A DNA stretch of 64,000 nt, from the sequence record LR756500.1; one strand, written 5' to 3'. Below the pieces are notes generated by a model. The model searched no databases and was not told the origin of the DNA. It worked only from the letters and a program-made list of their open reading frames with translations. Position 1 is the first letter of the stretch; each line of letters begins with the position of its first letter. This document shows, one piece after another, positions 44,996 through 52,321 of the stretch. The position numbers were made by a program, and so were the translations under genes.

Positions 44996-45078
44996 GTAAT
45001 AATTATTAGTTCTCCATTATTTTTTATTAATTAAAATATTTATATGCAATATTAATAATAATGTTTAAATAATAAAAA

Positions 45079-45885
45079 TTACCAATATTTATAAATATCT
45101 CCATCAATTCCATCAACATGTATTTTTAGATTATATGCTTCTTCTAAAGACATTATTATTTTTTGCATATCTGCATCATAAAATCCTGCACAAGCAATAC
45201 TTCCACATTCTACAATTTTCCACCTATATTCACTAAGACATATATCTATAGTAAATGCTTTAGCCAATTGAAATATTTTAATCATTTGTTTAACATATTC
45301 AATTGCATCATTATCAACTATATCATCATAAGCAATATATGTTCCTCTTCTATAAGTACTTTGTGTAACTATTTTTCCATCTATTATCCAAAATCTTATT
45401 TCTTGAGTAATATTTTTAACAGTTGCTACTTGTAATAAAGTTTCATTTGTTATAGTCGTTTTAGGTAGTAAATTATTTTTAAAATTTGTCCATTCTTCAT
45501 ATGTAAATACTCTTCCAGTAAATACTTTACTATCTAATGTTGGTCTAATAAAATGTTTATCAGAAATCCATTCAAAATCATTTCCAAATTTAACTATTCT
45601 AGAATCATAATTAAGTAAATTTTCTTTATAATGTTTAGAATAAACATCATAATCATGATTTTTAGTTATTAGAGTGCCTGGAAACCAATTATATTGTTTT
45701 GATAATCTAGCTAGTTTTAAAGATCCAAATATAAAAACATCTTCACGATCAGTATTAAAATCTAATGTTTCTTTATCATTACTAACATTTATTAATTCAT
45801 AAGATATATTAAATCTATCTAATGTTTTAATAAGTTTATCATAACCTTCTTCTCTAAATAAATTTTTTTGTATAATATAATACAT
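45079..45885 (-). CDS. ATP-grasp domain protein (DUF4343-like)
   Basis: FIRP...KVFTG, EIRFWIIDG, FTIDI, KIVEC, AGFY. Confidence 0.65.
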   Translation of the reverse strand: MYYIIQKNLFREEGYDKLIKTLDRFNISYELINVSNDKETLDFNTDREDVFIFGSLKLARLSKQYNWFPGTLITKNHDYDVYSKHYKENLLNYDSRIVKFGNDFEWISDKHFIRPTLDSKVFTGRVFTYEEWTNFKNNLLPKTTITNETLLQVATVKNITQEIRFWIIDGKIVTQSTYRRGTYIAYDDIVDNDAIEYVKQMIKIFQLAKAFTIDICLSEYRWKIVECGSIACAGFYDADMQKIIMSLEEAYNLKIHVDGIDGDIYKYW

Positions 45886-45973
45886 TTATAGTTAAATATT
45901 ATTTTTTGAATTTTATATATCTAAATAATATAAAAAAACCTATATAAATAAATTATATAGGTTTTTTTGGGGC

Positions 45974-46114
45974 TGGAGGGAGTAGGAATTGAACCTACAA
46001 TATCAAAACCCTAAATTTTGCGTGTTTACCGTTTTTCTGTAATGACTTTGAGTTCACCTTTAAAAGATGGTATTGTAAAAGACATAATTGAATTTTTATT
46101 TTCACCATCCCTCC
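45974..46114 (-). tRNA. tRNA(UAG), Leu-like with short variable loop, interrupted by ~69-nt element (about 46032-46100) in the D loop
   Basis: GGAGGGA-TG-GTG-AA|insert|CGGTAAA-CAC-G-CAAAA-TTTAGGG-TTTTG. Confidence 0.8.
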
Positions 46115-46369
46115 ATGTAATGTTTGTAAAAATTGAGTTAATTAATAAGATAAGTTTTTGTATATTTTTTATAACGCTTACAAGCTTTAAGTAATTTAAA
46201 TAGTTACTACTATGTTGTTTTGAACCTTATCAAAACTTCTAACAAACAATGTTTATTAGACTCGCTTTTTATTTGATAAATTATTATCAATTTTTCTGAA
46301 CTATCTTAGAGTTCTCAATTTTAATCATAATGTTAAAGAACGTATTTTACTTTTTAAAGTAAATGTATT

Positions 46370-46506
46370 TGGCGGGGGAATTCGGGATCGAACCGAAACT
46401 GAATGTTTTCAACACATTTGCTCTACCAATTAAGCTTTTATACTGTAATAACTTAGAGTTTCTTTTCAGACTAATTTTAAAGTTATAGATGTAAATCTAT
46501 TCCCCC
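46370..46506 (-). tRNA. tRNA(UGA) in a class I body, interrupted by ~62-nt element (about 46436-46497) after position 9
   Basis: GGGGGAA-TA|insert|GCTT-AATTGGTA-GAGC-A-AATGT-GTTGAAA-ACATT; G73 plus CCA. Confidence 0.78.
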
Positions 46507-46672
46507 ATATTTTATTTTTAAAATGTTAATGAACGTTTAATTATATAAAATAAATTAAAAAAGTTTCGAAATTAATAAAAATTATTTAATTTATTTTATA
46601 ATTATTATATGTAAATATAAATATAAAGTTTCGCATTTAAAATTTTTTCCTGTAAAAATTAAAAAATATTTT

Positions 46673-47662
46673 TTATTGCACATTAAATCCTATATTTCCT
46701 TTAGTTCCTAATTGACCATTTGCTTTTAACTTTCCATTCATCATTGATTTTATTTCATTAACAGCATCTTTAAAATCATATCCTAAAACAAATACAGATA
46801 AAAGAAGTTCTTTTAAATGATCTAAAGTAAATCCTTCGGATACTTTAACCCATTCATTTAAATTAATATTTTTTAATTCTTCTATACTTAATTTTTTTTC
46901 TATATAATATTTTCGTACTTCTTTAGAAGGTAATCCTATTTCATATCTTCTATCAAATCTTGAAGGTCTATTAGCTATTCTTTCTTCTAATTTTTCTTGA
47001 TAGTTTGTAGTTGCAATAGTTATAATATTATCTAACTTATTACTTCCATCTAATATTTGTAAAAGTTTTGTTAACAACGCTTTATCAACATTAATAAAAT
47101 TATCGATATCTTCTAATATAAGAATAATTTTTCTATCTGGTTCTATTTCTCGTAAAGGAACCATTATTTTATTAAAGTCGTATATGTGATCAGGTTGAGT
47201 TATATTGATTATAATACCTTTATGATCGTTAATTAAATTTTCACTTACTAATTGAATTAAAGAAGTTTTTCCACAACCTGGATGTCCATATAATATAATT
47301 CCACGTTTATAAATAAATGAATGATTATTATATTTGTTTTGACTTGTCCAGAATTTTTTAATATCTTCTAAAATCAATTCAAAATTATTATCTGGCAATC
47401 TAAGTATTTCTTCTGTTATAATATTTCTTTTTCTTAAGAAGAATTCATCTCTTCTAGGATCATATTCTAACTCATAAAATCCGCTTGGTAATTTTTCTTC
47501 GGTTTTTCCAGTTGGATAAAAAGCATTTCCTATTACACTCCATTGTACAACACCACTTTTATATTCAACACCATCATCATCAATATTAATTTCAGAAATA
47601 TTAATGTCTTCTTCATCTCCTAAAATATCACTTAAAGATATTCTTTTATTTTTGCTGCCCAT
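46673..47662 (-). CDS. AAA+ ATPase
   Basis: GHPGCGKT, LILEDID, TTNY, NRPSRFD. Confidence 0.85.
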   Translation of the reverse strand: MGSKNKRISLSDILGDEEDINISEINIDDDGVEYKSGVVQWSVIGNAFYPTGKTEEKLPSGFYELEYDPRRDEFFLRKRNIITEEILRLPDNNFELILEDIKKFWTSQNKYNNHSFIYKRGIILYGHPGCGKTSLIQLVSENLINDHKGIIINITQPDHIYDFNKIMVPLREIEPDRKIILILEDIDNFINVDKALLTKLLQILDGSNKLDNIITIATTNYQEKLEERIANRPSRFDRRYEIGLPSKEVRKYYIEKKLSIEELKNINLNEWVKVSEGFTLDHLKELLLSVFVLGYDFKDAVNEIKSMMNGKLKANGQLGTKGNIGFNVQ

Positions 47663-47710
47663 CCCATATAATTTAAAATTTAACAGTAATTATATGGGAT
47701 GGGCAGCAAA
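47651..47710. repeat. Perfect 23-bp inverted repeat covering the AAA+ ATPase start codon
   Basis: tttgctgcccatcccatataatt / aattatatgggatgggcagcaaa with a 14-nt loop. Confidence 0.92.
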
Positions 47711-47721
47711 TAGTTTCGTAA

Positions 47722-48591
47722 TTATATAGTAATAATATTTAAAATCCTATTAGTTTCTAGTGCAATTTTAGCTGTGTCTTGACCTCTAAATGATTCAGTA
47801 TAGCAATTATAAGCGTTTAAAGCAGATACTTGAAAATCATCCTTTTTATTATAAAGAATTAATTCAGGTCTAAATAAATAAGTATTCATTGAACTACTTA
47901 TAGTATCTAATTTATCGGTTTCAGATGAAATTAAATTTTGAGCTAATTTTCTAGCTAATGATATTTTCGATGTTTGCATTTCTTTTTTGCTTTCATCATA
48001 TATAAGACCTTTAACTATATCATGAAATGATACCATTTTTCCATTAAGATTAGATATAATTTCTAATTGTTTATCAATTATAATTCCAAATCTTTTTAAT
48101 TTATCACTAAATGATTCTATTTTTTTAGAAAGTGAATTATGAAAATGTTTTGATTTAATTGAAGCATTTTCTCCTGGAACAGCAGCAACCATTCCATTAG
48201 CACAAACTAATCTTAATAAACCAATATTAATTTGAAGAGATTTCATTCTATTTGATGAATTAAGTAAACTTAGCATTTTAAAATATTTTTCTCCATTAAC
48301 ATCTACTTCATCCCCAAATATTCTTAATTCTTGAATTCCTCTATTTATATCCATACGATATCTTACAGGTTTAAAATAATTATCTATTTTACTAACAATA
48401 CTTTTTGTGAAATCTGGAAAATCAAATGCATAATATCTAGTCGAAACTTCTTGTTCATGTACAAGTTTATCATAATAAAATGTAGAAACTAAATTATTTT
48501 TTTTATCAATTCTAAGATGATCTAAATTTTCAAAAATCTTTTTTTCATCAAAAGGTACTGCTGTCTTAATATAATCTGTAGCGAAACTCAT
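47722..48591 (-). CDS. DUF932-like protein
   Basis: LLNSSN...LQINIGLLRLVCANG. Confidence 0.5.
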   Translation of the reverse strand: MSFATDYIKTAVPFDEKKIFENLDHLRIDKKNNLVSTFYYDKLVHEQEVSTRYYAFDFPDFTKSIVSKIDNYFKPVRYRMDINRGIQELRIFGDEVDVNGEKYFKMLSLLNSSNRMKSLQINIGLLRLVCANGMVAAVPGENASIKSKHFHNSLSKKIESFSDKLKRFGIIIDKQLEIISNLNGKMVSFHDIVKGLIYDESKKEMQTSKISLARKLAQNLISSETDKLDTISSSMNTYLFRPELILYNKKDDFQVSALNAYNCYTESFRGQDTAKIALETNRILNIITI

Positions 48592-48652
48592 AACTAAATT
48601 TTTTAAATTTCTAATAAGTAAATATAATAAAAATGTTTTAATTAAAAATTTG

Positions 48653-48720
48653 TAGGACTAGTGGGAGCTGAACCCACGTTATCGGTTTTAGAGACCGATT
48701 TCTAACCACTAGATAGTCCC
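48653..48720 (-). tRNA. Amber suppressor tRNA(CUA) with tRNA-Pyl-like geometry
   Basis: GGGACTA / TCTA-GTGGT-TAGA / ATCGGT-CTCTAAA-ACCGAT / AAC / GTGGG-TTCAGCT-CCCAC / TAGTCCT-A; 68 nt. Confidence 0.8.
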
Positions 48721-48725
48721 CTTTG

Positions 48726-48909
48726 TGATTGTAGAAGGACTCGAACCAACAACCCCTCACTTTCAAATTACTGACAAAAATACTATTAAGCGTCCCTAAA
48801 TTCATTTTGTTTTTATTCTATTTATTATAAATATATCATCCACTTATGCGCTATAAGCTTATATACACCTACAATAAAAATAAGACTCTAACCATTGAGC
48901 TATACAACC
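48726..48909 (-). tRNA. tRNA gene with ~112-nt insertion in the anticodon loop; anticodon unresolved
   Basis: Acceptor GGTTGTA/TACAATC, intact D and T arms, stem CTTAT/GTGAG separated by about 48764-48875. Confidence 0.7.
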
Positions 48910-48946
48910 ATGTAAATATAATTAAAAAGATCGAAATATAAAAGGC

Positions 48947-49381
48947 TTATAAGCCTTTTATATTTTTATAGAATGTTCCTTTTTCATCTTTATAATCTTG
49001 TAATGCTAAATCTGCAGCATCTTTTAACTTTAGCCATTCTTTACGAAGCTTTTGAATTCTTTCATGCTGCTCAGATACTAATTTAACTCTTTCATCTGAT
49101 TTTAAAATCTCTTTAGCAACAAAATGAAATAATCTATTTATACTACCTAAACTATTAACAAATCTACATTTATTTAAAAATCTTTTAAGCCTTTTTCTAT
49201 CACATATTCCTAAATCAGTTATATGACTTTCTTTTACTTCTTGTAAAAGATCTTGTTTACCTTTAAAGGTATATACCTTTTTATCATCAATAATTGTGTT
49301 ATTTTGTAATTTTTCAATTTCATTTATTGTATTATAATATTCATTGAACAAATTTGCGTTGTGATCTACTATTTTTTCCAT
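48947..49381 (-). CDS. Hypothetical protein in the amber module
   Basis: ORF track; C-terminal coiled coil; no family recognised. Confidence 0.6.
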   Translation of the reverse strand: MEKIVDHNANLFNEYYNTINEIEKLQNNTIIDDKKVYTFKGKQDLLQEVKESHITDLGICDRKRLKRFLNKCRFVNSLGSINRLFHFVAKEILKSDERVKLVSEQHERIQKLRKEWLKLKDAADLALQDYKDEKGTFYKNIKGL

Positions 49382-49435
49382 TGTTTTAAATTTTTTATTT
49401 TAAGTTGTTTTATTTTTGTTGGGTTTGTAATTAAT

Positions 49436-49483
49436 TTAAAACAAATACGTAGGACCTCTAATTGTAATTTTAATCTATTTCAT
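49436..49483 (-). CDS. Short amber-containing peptide MK*IKITIRGPTYLF (not in ORF track)
   Basis: ATG AAA TAG ATT ... AGA GGT CCT ... TAA; start context 15/16 identical to the upstream gene. Confidence 0.55.
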
Positions 49484-49495
49484 AACTTTAATTTT

Positions 49496-49837
49496 TTAAA
49501 TTTCACGAAGCATAAGTGGTAAACTTGAACATATTCTTTTAGACTCAATTCCTGGCTCAACAGCAATTGCAGTAAGTTGATTGCCTATATCAGGTTCTCT
49601 AAATTCTGTATAAGCCAACTTAGAATGCATAAATTTAGAAATATACTTTTCTAATTCGCATTCATTTTTAACAGATAATAAACAAAGATAATTTGAATTT
49701 TTATTCCAACATTTAGAAATTTCTGGATATTGATGTTGAAAATCTATAGCAGCATGTGTAGCCTGAACTGCCTGATAACCAGGCTTTAAATCTTCCCTAG
49801 TAATAATAATTAGTTTATGATTATTAATCTACTTCAT
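49496..49837 (-). CDS. Pth2-fold protein with in-frame TAG at codon 3 (113 codons; not in ORF track)
   Basis: MK*INNHKLIIITREDLKPGYQAVQATHAA...LSVKNECEL...EFREPDIGNQLTAIAVEP. Confidence 0.75.
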
Positions 49838-49893
49838 AACAAAATTTATTTAATTATTATATGCAAATATAATAAAAATGTTTCAAATAAAAA

Positions 49894-50316
49894 TTATTTT
49901 TTTAATTTATTTTTAACTATTATTTTTAATAATTCATAATTTAAATCATTTGGATGTAATTCCATACAATTTTTCATAAAAAAACCAAAATATGATTGTT
50001 CTCCATATATATGTTTATTAAATTCTTCATTATTATTTTTAATAACGTTATTTACTAAATTAATAGTTTCTTCTTCTGATAAATATTTTGGAAGATATTT
50101 TTCAATTATACAAATTTCATTTATTGCTTGTATGGTTCCTATTGTTTCTAGATTACTTATTAATGTTCTTAGAATAAAGTTAACTTCATAATCTTTTAAT
50201 ATTTTATTAAATTGTCTATGAAACTCTCCAATAATTACTTTTAATATACTAATATATTCCTTATCTTTATTTTTGATAGCTATTTTTAAGTCATTTTTAA
50301 TTTTATTTTGAAGCAT
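49894..50316 (-). CDS. GatB/YqeY domain protein
   Basis: KIKNDLKIAIKNKDK...ILKVIIGE...EKYLPKYLSEEE. Confidence 0.65.
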   Translation of the reverse strand: MLQNKIKNDLKIAIKNKDKEYISILKVIIGEFHRQFNKILKDYEVNFILRTLISNLETIGTIQAINEICIIEKYLPKYLSEEETINLVNNVIKNNNEEFNKHIYGEQSYFGFFMKNCMELHPNDLNYELLKIIVKNKLKK

Positions 50317-50568
50317 AATGAATGATCTTATTTATTTATTTATTAAAAATAAAGTATCTGTCTTTTATTATTTTGTGGAAATATTTCCAATAATTTTTTT
50401 CTTTTATATTCTAATTCTAAAATATGATATCTTTCTAGTATTTTATCATATGCTTCTTTATCATTGTATTTTTTAAAAAATAATTCTAAATACTTTTTAG
50501 AATTATTTAATTGTGATAATGTTTTACAATTATTAACAGTACTAAAACATTTTTCGTATAATTTTACA

Positions 50569-50783
50569 CTAATTAACAATTTCATTATTTATTATTTTAA
50601 TAATTTTAGAAGAAACTAATTTATATTTATTCATAATTTCTTTAATTCTTTTTTTGGAATATCATAATGATCTGAGTGAAACTAACATTTTTTTACATTT
50701 AATTTCATTGTCATTAAATGTAAATTAAGCACGGAATACGGAATACAAATTAAATGCCTGCTATTATCACAGATAAATTCCAT
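50569..50783 (-). pseudogene. DUF4031-like small gene with an in-frame TAG and a frameshift
   Basis: MEFICDNSRHLICIPYSVLNLH...KKC*FHSDHYDIPKK then out of frame in a 7-A run. Confidence 0.45.
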
Positions 50784-50793
50784 CTTTAATTAT

Positions 50794-51336
50794 TTAAGAT
50801 ATATCAATAATTAAATCTAATATTTCTTCTGCAGAATCTTCTATACTTAAAATATCAGTTCTTAATTCAAGATCTGGATCTTCTGGAGCTTCATATGGAG
50901 AATCTATTCCTGTAAAATCTTTTATTTTACCAGCTCTAACTTTTTTATAAAGTCCTTTAACATCTCTTCTTTCACATAATTCAATTGGAGCATTAACATA
51001 AATTTCTATAAAATTTTCTAAACCTATAATTTCTTTAGCTAAATCTCTAATTTCCTTAGTAGGACTAATAAAAGAAACTATTACATTTCTATTATTTAAT
51101 ATAAATAATTTTGCAATTTCGGCAACTCTTCTAATATTTTCTTTTCTATCATTATTAGTAAATCCTAAATCTTTATTTATACCAAGTCTTAAATCATCTC
51201 CATCAAGAATTATAATACCTGAATATTCTTTTTTTACCTGCTTTGCTATTGTTGTTTTACCAGCTCCAGATAATCCAGTTAACCAATATACTTTTTTCAT
51301 TGTTTTTAATTTATATATCGTATACTTCAGCGACAC
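50794..51336 (-). CDS. cysC: Adenylyl-sulfate kinase
   Basis: WLTGLSGAGKTT, LDGDDLR, DRKENIRR, RDVKGLY, FTGIDSPYEAP. Confidence 0.92.
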   Translation of the reverse strand: MSLKYTIYKLKTMKKVYWLTGLSGAGKTTIAKQVKKEYSGIIILDGDDLRLGINKDLGFTNNDRKENIRRVAEIAKLFILNNRNVIVSFISPTKEIRDLAKEIIGLENFIEIYVNAPIELCERRDVKGLYKKVRAGKIKDFTGIDSPYEAPEDPDLELRTDILSIEDSAEEILDLIIDIS

Positions 51337-51744
51337 CGTGATCTACTATTACAACCATAGTTTCTGTTAAATTTTCTTTTAATTTTAAAGCAGCTTCTTT
51401 ATCAATAATATCAAGAACTTTTTGCATGTATTCTCTTAATGCTAAACCTCTTGCAAATGGAATTTCACCTCTATCTCTAATATCTTGCCAATTAAAATTA
51501 GGCATTAATGCATTAGCTATATCTAATCCAAATGGAGCATCAACATTAATAATAACTATAACTACATCATTATTTGTTAAATGTCTTTCATTAATTCTAT
51601 TTCTAAAATGTACAATTCTATCTATATTGAGATGAAATGTATTTATACAATTACTTTTTTCAACTGCTTTAATTACAGAAACTGCTTCAGGATCAATTAA
51701 AACAATTTCGCCATTAATATTTTCTATTCGTGGTAAATTTTCCA

Positions 51745-52221
51745 TTATTTTATAAAATCATTACGTAATTGTGTTAATACTTTTCCTAATAAATTTTGAC
51801 CTGGCCATTTATTTTCTGGAATATTTACAGCATCTTCTTCTAATAATCCAATACCCCATATTTTATCATAAGGACTTGCTTCTACTAAAGTTCTAGTTTC
51901 AGTAGCAATTAATTGTTTTAATAGGTTTGGATTTTGTTCAAATTTTTCTTTATTAACATCATACATAAAATTATATGATATTTTACTCCATTTATCAGTA
52001 TCAAATCCTTTAACTTTTCTTCCTAATTTTTTATTTAAACTCGGATTAGGTTCATTTAAAATTTCATTTGCTGTTTTAGAATCATTAAAATAATTTGCTT
52101 TTTCCCACATAAAAGCTTGTTCACTATTTGAAAATTCTAAACTTTTATAATTAAATTTAACAGAATACCAATTGGAATATATTCCATTCCAAAAAAATAC
52201 ATACTTATCAGTTGTTATCAT
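51745..52221 (-). CDS. NADAR (YbiA-like) family protein
   Basis: YSNWY, SEQAFMWEKA, KKLGR, KFEQN, EASPYDKIWG, GQNLLGKVL. Confidence 0.9.
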   Translation of the reverse strand: MITTDKYVFFWNGIYSNWYSVKFNYKSLEFSNSEQAFMWEKANYFNDSKTANEILNEPNPSLNKKLGRKVKGFDTDKWSKISYNFMYDVNKEKFEQNPNLLKQLIATETRTLVEASPYDKIWGIGLLEEDAVNIPENKWPGQNLLGKVLTQLRNDFIK

Positions 52222-52243
52222 TTCTAAAAATATTAAAAATTAG

Positions 52244-52314
52244 AGGGCCTAGAGGGATTCAAACCCCCGTAGTCAGCTTTGCAGGCTGCGACCTAATCAC
52301 TCGGACATAGGCCC
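52244..52314 (-). tRNA. tRNA-Cys(GCA)
   Basis: CAGC-CTGCAAA-GCTG, U73. Confidence 0.88.
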
Positions 52315-52321
52315 ATATCGT

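Noticed and set aside
48764-48875. Calling the anticodon insert a group I or group II intron
   Set aside because: Too short, and no P7 or domain V motifs recognisable by eye; left unclassified.
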